64,000 nt of DNA from IMG/VR virus record IMGVR_UViG_3300023184_004198, positions 124,001-188,000 of that record. One strand, given 5' to 3'. Made by a program: the position numbers and the translations under genes. The stretch's first letter is position 1. Every line of letters begins with the position of its first letter. Positions 18,388-27,459 of this stretch are shown one piece after another. The notes below the pieces were generated by a model. The model was not told where the DNA came from and ran no database searches. It was given only the letters and a program-made list of their open reading frames with translations.

Positions 18388-19179
18388 ATGAGGTATTTAA
18401 TATTGACCCTTTTGTTTGTTTTCAGCACTGCTCATGCACGTGAGCCCAGTGTCTACGTTTACAATGAAACCACAGACCGTGTGGAATACCAACGCAACTC
18501 AACAGAGTATCGTCCCATTGCCAGCATCACCAAGCTGATGACTGCCATGGTGGCCTTAGATCACAGCAAAGACCTGTTTCGTCAGCTGCCACTCAATACC
18601 ACGGTAAAAAGCAACTTGCTACGTGGCAACTACACTAGGCAAGAACTGTTCACGGCCATGCTGGTGCGAAGTGACAATGCAGCCGCAGAAACACTGGCTG
18701 CAGACTATCCTGGTGGTCGTAAAGAGTTTGTATGGCGCATGAATCAACAGGCCCGGGAATGGGGTATCAATGCTGTATTCCGTGACCCCACTGGCTTGGA
18801 CGCACACAACATGGCCACTGCTGGTGATGTTGGCACCATGGCTGGATATGCCGCGGGCTATTGGGTCATACGTGAAGCCAGTGTGAAAAAGACCGTGGCG
18901 TTTGAACGCAAGTTCAAAAAGAAATTACGCAAGATTCAACTCAACAATACCAACCGCCCATTGTTGATGGAGTTTGACGAAATCATTGCTTCAAAAACTG
19001 GATTTACCAATCCTGCAGGATATTGTGTTGCACTTGTGGTAGAACACAAAAAACAACGGCGAGTGATTGTGGTCTTGGGCGAACGAAACAAAAGCCGTAG
19101 AATAGACACTGTACAGGATATCATGTACAATCATGTGCTGGACCAAAATTTACAGGATCCCAAGTACATCAATAACTAA
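18388..19179 (+). CDS. D-alanyl-D-alanine carboxypeptidase/endopeptidase (peptidase S11)
   Basis: Signal peptide; SITK (SxxK), SDN (SxN) and KTG motifs. Confidence 0.92.
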   Translation: MRYLILTLLFVFSTAHAREPSVYVYNETTDRVEYQRNSTEYRPIASITKLMTAMVALDHSKDLFRQLPLNTTVKSNLLRGNYTRQELFTAMLVRSDNAAAETLAADYPGGRKEFVWRMNQQAREWGINAVFRDPTGLDAHNMATAGDVGTMAGYAAGYWVIREASVKKTVAFERKFKKKLRKIQLNNTNRPLLMEFDEIIASKTGFTNPAGYCVALVVEHKKQRRVIVVLGERNKSRRIDTVQDIMYNHVLDQNLQDPKYINN

Positions 19180-19181
19180 AG

Positions 19182-19421
19182 TTGATGCAACTGCAACACC
19201 CCATAGGCACCATACGGCTCGGCGAAAGTTTTAACCATGCTCGAGAAATTGCCCGACCTTTTGGGCAAATAGATCGAATCATAGAGTGGTGCAAAACTGA
19301 ACTCACAGGCGACTGGCGCTGGCAGGTTGTGACAACCAGTAGTGACCGTGCTCCGGGACGCTACATTTTCTACTTTGACTCAGACCGAGACGCCGCTGCC
19401 TTATTGCTGTTTTGGGCCTAA
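19182..19421 (+). CDS. Hypothetical protein
   Basis: WCK..YIFYFDSDRDAAAL pattern. Confidence 0.65.
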   Translation: MMQLQHPIGTIRLGESFNHAREIARPFGQIDRIIEWCKTELTGDWRWQVVTTSSDRAPGRYIFYFDSDRDAAALLLFWA

Positions 19422-19497
19422 TGCTTTTTACTGACTTGACTAGATATTTCTGATCTGTTATACTAGACGCATTGTATTGCATAGTATAGGACATGAT

Positions 19498-19716
19498 ATG
19501 AATTCGTGGGATCGTGAAAATCTACATTTTATTCTAGATTCAGACGAGGAGACCTTGGCTGATTTTTATTCCTGGGCCACTGAAGATGACTTGACCTATG
19601 CGCTGGAACTGGTGCGCACTGCTATGTCTGAACTCATAGTGCAGGAAGCAGAACTCATGGATGAAGTTGAGGACTTGAGTGCGGCCCGTGGTGTATTAAA
19701 ACAATTTCAACTATGA
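19498..19716 (+). CDS. Acidic hypothetical protein
   Basis: Promoter and AGGA RBS upstream. Confidence 0.65.
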   Translation: MNSWDRENLHFILDSDEETLADFYSWATEDDLTYALELVRTAMSELIVQEAELMDEVEDLSAARGVLKQFQL

Positions 19717-20048
19717 GCCATCAGTTTCTCATAGTGTGGGACAATCTGGGTCTTGAGTGTTGCATAGACATCACTGAGGACCAACAACGCCGCATGTGGC
19801 AAACACTGCAAGGTGAGCCAGTGAGTGGAAGCACAATTCCCAACATCAATCACCTCATGCTACGTGCTAGATTCAACACTCACAGGCACTATGAGATCTA
19901 CACTTGCGAAGCAGTGGATGGTATCACTGCTGAGGATATTCGAGAAATGTTTGAAGCCAATCCGCAGAACGCGGCTGACACAATTCGACGCTTGGGACAC
20001 TGTATTCACAGTGATCGAGCAGAAAAACACAGGGTGTTGATCACCTAA
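19713..20048 (+). CDS. Conserved hypothetical phage protein
   Basis: WDNLGLEC...ARFNTHRHYEIY. Confidence 0.7.
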   Translation: MSHQFLIVWDNLGLECCIDITEDQQRRMWQTLQGEPVSGSTIPNINHLMLRARFNTHRHYEIYTCEAVDGITAEDIREMFEANPQNAADTIRRLGHCIHSDRAEKHRVLIT

Positions 20049-20055
20049 CTGAACG

Positions 20056-20245
20056 TTCTGCCTAATCAGCAGATAGTATGACCCGTACGATGAGAAGTGG
20101 TGTGATAGCCAAGGGTGGTAGTCTTCTTACCGAAAGGCCGCTGGCAATGCGAGAACGGACCCTGTCGGGAAGCGGGTGGAAGGTGTGTGAGATTTGCGGG
20201 GCAACCCAAGAGATGATACACTAAATTACCGCCGGGGGTCGCAGA
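20056..20245 (+). ncRNA. Candidate structured non-coding RNA, family unknown
   Basis: About 200-nt gap in otherwise dense coding; nested helices 20080-84/20236-40 and 20114-22/20225-33; GGG-gcaa-CCC hairpin. Confidence 0.55.
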
Positions 20246-20259
20246 GCATTAAGTATCAC

Positions 20260-20811
20260 ATGAACTCACAAATAATCAACGACTTTAAACAGTTTTCTTG
20301 GCAAAAAATCATAGACTACAGCAACAGCCTTGAAGACTTAAATGATGCCCAGTTAAGATTTGCCAAAGGATTGGCAATTGAAGCCGCGGTAGAAAAACTC
20401 AGCAACAGTGATCTTACCTATGTAGGAGAACCACACAGAGATTATCACTGGCCCAAACACAACGTTGATGTAGAACTTAAAAGCATTGTCAGTCAAAAAA
20501 TGTATGATCGCAATGGTCAACTCAAAGCACCTCCCAGTGTTCGTCTCAATAACAGTATGGGCAGTAACAGCAATCAACTAGATCCTGATACTATTGCAGA
20601 CATCATTGTCATAGTGTGTGCAGACGGAGCATTTGCAGCCAGCAGACAAGATGTTTTGGACACTGCATCACATCGTGGTGATGGATGGTATCTCCGGCTC
20701 AAACAAAATCAAATTGTAGAACTGTCCGGTCACATTGTACAACAAAACAAGTACGATCTTAATCTTGCTACCAAAGTTCGGGACGCAATCAAGGAAAGTA
20801 TATTGATTTAA
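20260..20811 (+). CDS. Putative PD-(D/E)XK restriction-endonuclease-like protein
   Basis: GLAIE...HRDY...VELK. Confidence 0.55.
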   Translation: MNSQIINDFKQFSWQKIIDYSNSLEDLNDAQLRFAKGLAIEAAVEKLSNSDLTYVGEPHRDYHWPKHNVDVELKSIVSQKMYDRNGQLKAPPSVRLNNSMGSNSNQLDPDTIADIIVIVCADGAFAASRQDVLDTASHRGDGWYLRLKQNQIVELSGHIVQQNKYDLNLATKVRDAIKESILI

Positions 20812-20871
20812 CTGGTTGACCAATAAAGATCAAAGTGCTATAATTTTAACATCTATTAACCACAAAGGACT

Positions 20872-22017
20872 GTGATGATTCCTGCCTACGAAAAAGTTCA
20901 ACGTCGACCCAACGTGATGAGAAATCGCAATCCGCTGAAATCCACCACCAGCAAAGTTATCAAACTTGCCCAACGGGTAAAAGAACTACAAAACTACAAA
21001 GCATGGCAACGATTAATGGCCGAATACAGAGCACAAGGCATTGTGTTGAGTCCAAAACTTCGTCCTTTAATTAAAATGGTCAAACTTGGTGCTATCTGCA
21101 TCGATGAAGATATTCAACGAGCACTTGATGCCAGTCATTGTACAAAGATTTGTAAAATTGGCAATTTTAATCCCATGTATCTTCAGGTTATCTACTGTGT
21201 GAAGATTCCCGGAAAAGATGAATATCATGCTGTAGATGCACAACACACGGCCACTTTTTTGGCTGCCATGATTGACGCTGGCGTGTTTGATGGCGAAGCA
21301 GACTGGCAAGAAGTTGAAATGCCTGTGTTGTACATCGAAACAACCAGTAAGGCATTTGCTCGTAAAGCATTTGCATTGATCAATGGCAAAGGCAAAAAGA
21401 AAATCAGTCCTTGGTACGAACACCGTACCAAGGTGATGAGTGCTAGAATCGATGGCAGTCAAGATGATGACGATCAAGAAGCACTGCGAAAACAGAAAAT
21501 TTGCGAAAAATACGATTGTTACCCAGTGGACAAAGAAAGTGATTTTGTAGGCTTACCAGGTACATTCACTCACATGGAAGCCCTGCGTCTCAACGAAAAT
21601 GTTCTTGAACTGGCCTGCAAGTTTCACAATGATTATTTCCACTATGACGAGATCAACGGTGCGCTGTGGTTTATGATTGAAGATTTGCACAAATCATTTG
21701 ATGCCGCACACATTAAAATCACTGACAAGTTTTTAAGAGAACTTGCTGGCATCATACAAGGATACTTTGCAGGCATTGCACAGTTTCATGATGCAGTACA
21801 CAATGCCCATGTCAAATGGGGAGAGTACACTTATGGGTATAGAGTGAGTTGGCAGGATGATGCTATTGCTTCAGTGTTGGTGTTGCTGTATCAGAAACTT
21901 GGTGGTACCCAACAAATTCCCAAACCTTTGTTGGATCGATTTGAAAAGATTTTGGATTTTTTTGATGATGACATCAAAGCGTTGTTTGAAGAACAAGAAG
22001 AACTGGCAGTGGCCTAA
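20872..22017 (+). CDS. ParB/DGQH(R/T)-like domain protein
   Basis: IDEDIQR, HAVDAQHT, FALING; own early promoter TTGACC at 20816. Confidence 0.55.
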   Translation: MMIPAYEKVQRRPNVMRNRNPLKSTTSKVIKLAQRVKELQNYKAWQRLMAEYRAQGIVLSPKLRPLIKMVKLGAICIDEDIQRALDASHCTKICKIGNFNPMYLQVIYCVKIPGKDEYHAVDAQHTATFLAAMIDAGVFDGEADWQEVEMPVLYIETTSKAFARKAFALINGKGKKKISPWYEHRTKVMSARIDGSQDDDDQEALRKQKICEKYDCYPVDKESDFVGLPGTFTHMEALRLNENVLELACKFHNDYFHYDEINGALWFMIEDLHKSFDAAHIKITDKFLRELAGIIQGYFAGIAQFHDAVHNAHVKWGEYTYGYRVSWQDDAIASVLVLLYQKLGGTQQIPKPLLDRFEKILDFFDDDIKALFEEQEELAVA

Positions 22018-22325
22018 TGAAATTTTACATATTGCCAGGACCCTTTAGAGTAGGATTTGGTATCACCGGAGATCATGACCGCAGAGAAAAAGATTACACT
22101 GGTGCCTGGGGAGGTATTGCTCAATTCAAATATTTGTTTGAAGGGCCAGGCCCACATGTCAAACGCCTTGAAAATATTATCAAAAAACAAAACAGAGACA
22201 TGTTGTGGAAAGTAGACGAGTGGGAAACTGAATGGCTGGACAATGGCTGGACTGCCGAACAGTTGTTGGAATTTGTACAAGCCACTATTGCAGAACGTCA
22301 TTTAAAAATTCAACAGATACGATAA
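22017..22325 (+). CDS. Small GIY-YIG/T5orf172-like protein
   Basis: FYIL..VGFGITGD..RR..Y..LEN. Confidence 0.4.
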   Translation: MKFYILPGPFRVGFGITGDHDRREKDYTGAWGGIAQFKYLFEGPGPHVKRLENIIKKQNRDMLWKVDEWETEWLDNGWTAEQLLEFVQATIAERHLKIQQIR

Positions 22326-22326
22326 T

Positions 22327-22560
22327 ATGAGCTCACTACATCTCAATGCTAGACCTTGGGTAGTATTTGATCCTGCCAATGACGACCATCGTCGTTATTA
22401 CTATGATTTTGTATCCACTGGTACATGGGGTCGATGTCCGGTGCGTTTTGTAGTGCCTGATGCACACGGTGACTTGATCTCAATGATTCAACGCAGCCTG
22501 ATCAAGTGGTACGTGATCAACGAGTTCAAACCCAAACCCAAGCGCCGACGCACTGCATGA
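22327..22560 (+). CDS. Hypothetical protein
   Basis: RPWVVFDPANDDHRR..WGRCPVRF. Confidence 0.7.
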   Translation: MSSLHLNARPWVVFDPANDDHRRYYYDFVSTGTWGRCPVRFVVPDAHGDLISMIQRSLIKWYVINEFKPKPKRRRTA

Positions 22561-23891
22561 CAGATCTAACTCAAGCCACAGCCACAGAATTATTCCAACT
22601 ATACCAATCTGGTGCTGTGAGTCCTGTTGCTGTGGCCGAGCAAGTGTTGTCCAAAATCGAACGTGTAAATCCTGTGATCAATGCGTTTTGTTTTGTAGAT
22701 CCTGAGACTACAATGATTCAAGCACAGGATAGCGAACAACGCTGGCAACAAAATTGTCCACTGGGACCACTGGACGGAATACCTATAGCAGTCAAAGATT
22801 CAATACTTACACACGGCTGGCCCACTCTTCATGCAAGTCAAGCCATTGATCCTGATCAGTCTTGGGCAGAAGATGCACCAGCAGTGGCAAGATTACGTGA
22901 AGCAGGTGCAGTATTTGTGGGCAAAACTACAATGAGTGAATTTGGATTCAATGCACATGATTCAAATTCGTTACTGTATGGCAAGGTACACAATCCATGG
23001 AACCTTGCAAATTCTCCAGGTGGCAGCTCGGGAGGATCCGCAGTGGCAGTGGCCGCTGGTCTGGTTCCTATTGCACTGGCTTCGGATCTTGGAGGTAGCA
23101 TTGCAGTGCCAAGTGCTTGGTGTGGCGTGGTTGGCATCAAACCAAGCACCGGACTGGTGTCACAGTTTCCTACGGATGTTCTTGAACTTACCACTGTGGG
23201 ACTTATGGCAAGATCGTGTCAGGATCTTTCAACAGGCATGAACATAATCTCAAGATCCGATTGGCGTGACAGCACTGCATTTGCTGGCGGAAGTTTGGTG
23301 TTTGATTTAAATTCTCCATACACTTTAAAAAACAAAAAAATAGCATGCCTTGCACCCATTGACCAGTCAAACAATGTTGTTCAATATCTAATTGATCAAT
23401 CAGCCATGATCGATTTTGTTCAAATTGATGCCGGTGTCGCAACAGAAGTGTTTGCCAAATTACTAGATCCAAAATTATTACAACAGTGGTCAGATATCCC
23501 TGAATCTTTGCGGCAAAAAACTGGTCGTAAAATACAACAACTGGCGGTGATTGCACACAAAAAAGAAAAAACGTATTCTCATCTCTTAGAGCGCCACAAG
23601 TTAATTGCACACATGCGCAGATTTATGGAATCTTATGATTTGATTATTTGTCCTGCAACTGTAGACAGTGCAGACAACGCTAATAACATTGTGTCAGATG
23701 TTTCGCCTATGTCGGTATTTTTTTGTATGACCAAACAACCCACAGTGACTATGCCCATTGGTGTAGATTCAGATGGTGCCCCAATGGCTATAATGATAGC
23801 CGGTGCAGTATACAAAGATCACGATCTCATGTGTGCGGCGCACATGATTCAATCTGCTTTTCCCATTCCTGCTTGTCCGGTAATACTGTAG
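22557..23891 (+). CDS. Amidase signature family enzyme (GatA/AtzE-like)
   Basis: GPLDGIPIAVKD, PGGSSGGS, SDLGGSI (Lys-Ser-Ser triad). Confidence 0.92.
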   Translation: MTDLTQATATELFQLYQSGAVSPVAVAEQVLSKIERVNPVINAFCFVDPETTMIQAQDSEQRWQQNCPLGPLDGIPIAVKDSILTHGWPTLHASQAIDPDQSWAEDAPAVARLREAGAVFVGKTTMSEFGFNAHDSNSLLYGKVHNPWNLANSPGGSSGGSAVAVAAGLVPIALASDLGGSIAVPSAWCGVVGIKPSTGLVSQFPTDVLELTTVGLMARSCQDLSTGMNIISRSDWRDSTAFAGGSLVFDLNSPYTLKNKKIACLAPIDQSNNVVQYLIDQSAMIDFVQIDAGVATEVFAKLLDPKLLQQWSDIPESLRQKTGRKIQQLAVIAHKKEKTYSHLLERHKLIAHMRRFMESYDLIICPATVDSADNANNIVSDVSPMSVFFCMTKQPTVTMPIGVDSDGAPMAIMIAGAVYKDHDLMCAAHMIQSAFPIPACPVIL

Positions 23892-23967
23892 TATTACTTT
23901 TGTAGTGGTTGACCAATAATTGCCAAAATGCTATAATATGGACATATTGTAACAACAAGGAGCCCAA
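23880..23967 (+). repeat. Stem-loop + early promoter + RBS cassette, copy 2
   Basis: GTAATAC-tgta-GTATTAC, then promoter/leader nearly identical to copy 1. Confidence 0.9.
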
Positions 23968-24240
23968 ATGAAAGCACTCAACGCATTGATCAAACAAGAG
24001 AACGACTGGTCCAGCATTTTTAATAGCAAGTTTGTGGCTTACGAAGTTGCCACTGCTCAAGGACGCGAACGTGTGGCAAAAATGATTGACTGCAAGCTCA
24101 GCCCAGAAAATCTTTCCTGTGACGGCGAACTGCCCCGTGCAGAAGTCAACCGTCGTTATCGTGCGCTGACCAGTGCCGCACAAGATCTGCTGAAACTGGA
24201 CCCCAGCATGGCTCAGTTCATGTACGAGTTTGGTGAGTAA
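23968..24240 (+). CDS. Hypothetical early protein
   Basis: Follows cassette copy 2. Confidence 0.75.
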   Translation: MKALNALIKQENDWSSIFNSKFVAYEVATAQGRERVAKMIDCKLSPENLSCDGELPRAEVNRRYRALTSAAQDLLKLDPSMAQFMYEFGE

Positions 24241-24242
24241 CA

Positions 24243-24328
24243 AAAAGTAGTACTTTTGCAGTACTACTTTTGTGGTTGACCAAAAATAGCCGAAATGCTA
24301 TAATATAGACATATTGTAACAAAAGGAG
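24243..24328 (+). repeat. Stem-loop + early promoter + RBS cassette, copy 3
   Basis: AAAAGTAGTAC-ttttgca-GTACTACTTTT, TTGACC 24276, TATAAT 24299. Confidence 0.88.
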
Positions 24329-24820
24329 TTGATGATGGGAACACGCAGTCGAATTGGTGTCATGCACGGTGACAAAGTCAAAAGCATTTACTGTCATTGG
24401 GACGGTTATCTGGGCTACAATGGTCAGGTCCTGCAAGAGCACTATGACAGTGCCAAGGCCAACAATCTTGTGGCCTTGGGCGACATGTCAAGCCTGCGAG
24501 CCGACATTGGTGAGAAGCATGCGTTCAGCAAGTTTGAACTTCCTGCAGAAGAAGTTGAAGCATTTGAAACACTGACCGAAAACTGGTGTACATTTTACGG
24601 CCGTGATCGTGGCGAGAAGGACACTGAGTGGCAAGTGGCCACCACGTTTGATCAGTTCCTGGAACAATGCGACAACTGTGGTGCTGAATACTACTACATC
24701 ATGAAAGATGGCGTTTGGTATTGCGGTGACACTTACGAGTCTAGCCCGTTAAGCAAAAAGTTAACAGTTTTGGCTGAAGCTTTGGAACAGTTTGCAGACG
24801 CTGAAGAGGTTGACCAATAA
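24329..24820 (+). CDS. Conserved phage protein (MGTRS..YCHWDGY type)
   Basis: SIYCHWDGYLGYNG..EYYY. Confidence 0.8.
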   Translation: MMMGTRSRIGVMHGDKVKSIYCHWDGYLGYNGQVLQEHYDSAKANNLVALGDMSSLRADIGEKHAFSKFELPAEEVEAFETLTENWCTFYGRDRGEKDTEWQVATTFDQFLEQCDNCGAEYYYIMKDGVWYCGDTYESSPLSKKLTVLAEALEQFADAEEVDQ

Positions 24821-24868
24821 TTGCCAAAATGCTATAATATGAACATATTGTAACAAAAGGAGCCCACA
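24808..24868 (+). repeat. Early promoter + RBS cassette, copy 4 (no stem-loop)
   Basis: GTTGACCAATAATTGCCAAAATGCTATAATATGAACATATTGTAACAAAAGGAG; starts inside the 3' end of the previous gene. Confidence 0.88.
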
Positions 24869-25093
24869 ATGCAAGACACAAAAGAAATCTATTACGGCAT
24901 GTTTTCAGATGCAGGCAACCAGGCTGTGCATGCTATCGTTGAACAGGCTCGTGAGAGCAAAATGGCTTGGCTCGAAGTGTACCAAGAACTGTGTCGTCTT
25001 GCTGATGTCAAGGCATTTGGTGAAGCCACTGACACCATGGTGCGTGAGATTGTTTATGACGCCCTGGGTTTCAATTCTGATTTTTACGTTTAA
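24869..25093 (+). CDS. Hypothetical early protein
   Basis: Follows cassette copy 4. Confidence 0.75.
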   Translation: MQDTKEIYYGMFSDAGNQAVHAIVEQARESKMAWLEVYQELCRLADVKAFGEATDTMVREIVYDALGFNSDFYV

Positions 25094-25103
25094 GGAGATC
25101 ACA

Positions 25104-25289
25104 ATGCGTGAAGAATATTTTTGGCTTGCACTGTTGATAGTTGTTGTTGTTGCAGGTCCGCTGTTGAGTATTTGGGCCTTGAACACCTTGTTCCCAGTGT
25201 TGGCTATTCCCTACACCATGGAAACTTGGGCCGCAATGGCCTTGGTTGGTGGCGTGTTTCAAGGTTTGAGAATTGGTAAGAAAGACTAA
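25104..25289 (+). CDS. Small two-TM protein
   Basis: AAGGAG RBS, hydrophobic. Confidence 0.7.
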   Translation: MREEYFWLALLIVVVVAGPLLSIWALNTLFPVLAIPYTMETWAAMALVGGVFQGLRIGKKD

Positions 25290-25290
25290 T

Positions 25291-26058
25291 ATGTTTGTAG
25301 ATGTTTCTAACATGACAGCCCGCGAAATACAACGCCTGGGCCACGAGGACGATGAAGGTCCTGTGCAACGCCGGTGGACTTCACGTACCACTGCCGGTAG
25401 TGGGCATCGCGGCTACAGTATCAGCGATGTGTGGGGTGCGGCATGCCATGCGCAACGCATCAACGGTGCCTACATCAAACAAGATGAATGGGAACTGCCT
25501 TCAGAGTCGGCCACTGCTGTGCAACTCAAACGCAAGAGCAATCGCAACATCATGATGGAAGCACTGGAAAATCCTTTCATGATCACAGATGAAGATCGAG
25601 TGGCAGGTGCGGAGTGCCTAAAGTTCTTGCAAAATGACTTAACTTTCCGCGCACTGCAAAACCGGCTCACAGACTTTGACCGCGGTGTGATCAAGATCAC
25701 TGCTTGGTCAGACCAATTCTTTCCGCAGGCACACAAACTGGAATTGGCCACAGTGGCTTGTTTGCCCAACAGTCACCAACGTGCCCTGAAACGCATTGAA
25801 GAACAGGACAGACTCAATCAAACTGCTGGCTATATTGGCGCCATTAGTGACAAAGTCACAGTCACAGTGGACATTGTTCGTTGTGTTTTCAGTCAAAAGT
25901 GGAACACCTACTACGCCACTGGTATCACCAGCAACAACGAAACAGTGTTCTTTTCCATCCGTGAACCACTAAACACCGGCACACTGCTGACCGTCCGTGG
26001 TACTGTGAAAGCACACAGGGACGGACAGACTCAACTCAACCGTGTAGCAGTGGTATGA
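25291..26058 (+). CDS. Hypothetical protein with C-terminal OB-fold
   Basis: C-terminal YIG..VTVD..VFF..VRGTVKAH..TQLNRV. Confidence 0.7.
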   Translation: MFVDVSNMTAREIQRLGHEDDEGPVQRRWTSRTTAGSGHRGYSISDVWGAACHAQRINGAYIKQDEWELPSESATAVQLKRKSNRNIMMEALENPFMITDEDRVAGAECLKFLQNDLTFRALQNRLTDFDRGVIKITAWSDQFFPQAHKLELATVACLPNSHQRALKRIEEQDRLNQTAGYIGAISDKVTVTVDIVRCVFSQKWNTYYATGITSNNETVFFSIREPLNTGTLLTVRGTVKAHRDGQTQLNRVAVV

Positions 26059-26189
26059 GGGCTGTGCTGATTGCGTTTGTGTTAACCGGATGCAGTGTGT
26101 TTCACGATGCCCGTGATGAGCTCCGAAAAGACATCATAGGCGTTCAGGCAGAATTTGCTAGACTTTACAACAAGGAGAACTCGCAATGA
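26055..26189 (+). CDS. Small lipoprotein (not in ORF track)
   Basis: MRAVLIAFVLTGC lipobox. Confidence 0.5.
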   Translation: MRAVLIAFVLTGCSVFHDARDELRKDIIGVQAEFARLYNKENSQ

Positions 26190-26447
26190 GAGGATACTTA
26201 ATTGGTTTTGTATTGGGCTTGGTTGTGGCGTCAGTGGGTTTTTCGGGCATTGCTCGAATTGCCGACCGCGGTGTCCAAACCATCCAAACACAGAGCCGAG
26301 AATTGGCCCAGTAAAACGGGCAACCAGAACCAAAATTATGCAAAAAGTAGTTGACCAATATATCATCTTTTGCTATAATAATGGTATGTTGTGCAGTAGT
26401 GCAACATTTTTTAAACGTGATAGGCAACTTTTTTGAAAGGCAACACC

Positions 26448-26801
26448 ATGTCAAATGACAAAACTTTTACCGTAGCAGGTACTGCAACTAACAAAGATGG
26501 CACCGTCAAGGTCCGCTTTGCAAACGACCTTGTGGCTCGTATCAAGATCCTGAACAAGGCAGGTTGTAGCAACATCAACTTGATCGAATTGCCCCGTGCA
26601 ATGACCAAGTTGGAAGCTCTGCAACACCTGCAGGCACAAGGCATCACCGGTGGTGATGAAGGCTATGCTGTGGCCAATAAATTGGCTGAAAAGAGCAAGG
26701 TCGCTAAGAAAGGCGAAGTCAAGGTCTCTGCAAAGAGTGCCAAGGCCAAGAGTGCTCCTGCAACTGTTAAGTCAGATGCAGTTGAAAGCACCAACGCCTA
26801 A
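26448..26801 (+). CDS. Basic hypothetical protein with Lys/Ala tail
   Basis: FTVAGT..KVRFAND; early promoter near 26351. Confidence 0.75.
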   Translation: MSNDKTFTVAGTATNKDGTVKVRFANDLVARIKILNKAGCSNINLIELPRAMTKLEALQHLQAQGITGGDEGYAVANKLAEKSKVAKKGEVKVSAKSAKAKSAPATVKSDAVESTNA

Positions 26802-26817
26802 TCTACTAGGCTCCCAC

Positions 26818-26843
26818 AGCGCCGTTTAATACGGCGCTTTTTA
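26818..26843 (+). terminator. Intrinsic terminator
   Basis: AGCGCCGT-ttaat-ACGGCGCT followed by TTTT. Confidence 0.85.
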
Positions 26844-26871
26844 TTGGCCGCACAAAAGAGATAATTACTGT

Positions 26872-27132
26872 ATGCACGATTTTGAAGATGACCCCATTTA
26901 CGAATATGCAAAAACTGTGATGTTTCAAATCATGACAGTGCTGTACATGAACGGTCGCCGGGAAGCACATGTGGGTGCCATAATGCGCCTGTTGGGCGTG
27001 GATGAAGACCACGCCCGCCTGCACGATGATGAGCGCATAGAGTTGGATGAAAATTTTGCCAGGATGGCGGCAGAATTAAATATGCATGAGCTTGTGTCTG
27101 CTCAAATCCCCCTAGGAACCACAATCCATTAA
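26872..27132 (+). CDS. Hypothetical protein
   Basis: TAATTA hexamer 4 nt upstream. Confidence 0.7.
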   Translation: MHDFEDDPIYEYAKTVMFQIMTVLYMNGRREAHVGAIMRLLGVDEDHARLHDDERIELDENFARMAAELNMHELVSAQIPLGTTIH

Positions 27133-27377
27133 TGTCCATACCCACGTACCGTGCAGTTGAACCGCTGTACATTGTAATGTTACGCAACACCCAAGCAGAA
27201 CCCATGTTCAAGACTTGGATACGTAAAAATCAAATCGAGCATGCCACGGTCGCCGGCAACAAGATGATGCTTCACCACCAGCAGGCATTTGATCGATTTC
27301 TTGTGACTTGGACCCATGAGTGGAATATGATCACTGTATGGGATACGTGGAACCGCAGACACATCTACGTTGACTAG
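27132..27377 (+). CDS. Hypothetical protein
   Basis: TAATG overlap with the upstream gene. Confidence 0.65.
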   Translation: MSIPTYRAVEPLYIVMLRNTQAEPMFKTWIRKNQIEHATVAGNKMMLHHQQAFDRFLVTWTHEWNMITVWDTWNRRHIYVD

Positions 27378-27459
27378 GCTGGAGTGCCAAAATCAATGAT
27401 TTTTCTTGACATGCTCACACAAGGCATGTATAATTACTATTCACAACAAAGGAGTCTCG

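Noticed and set aside
20056-20245. Lysine or cobalamin riboswitch, hammerhead, group I intron, tRNA/tmRNA
   Set aside because: Only short words match (GAUGAG, GAAAGG, CUGUC, GGGAA); order and core consensus are absent, and there is no cloverleaf
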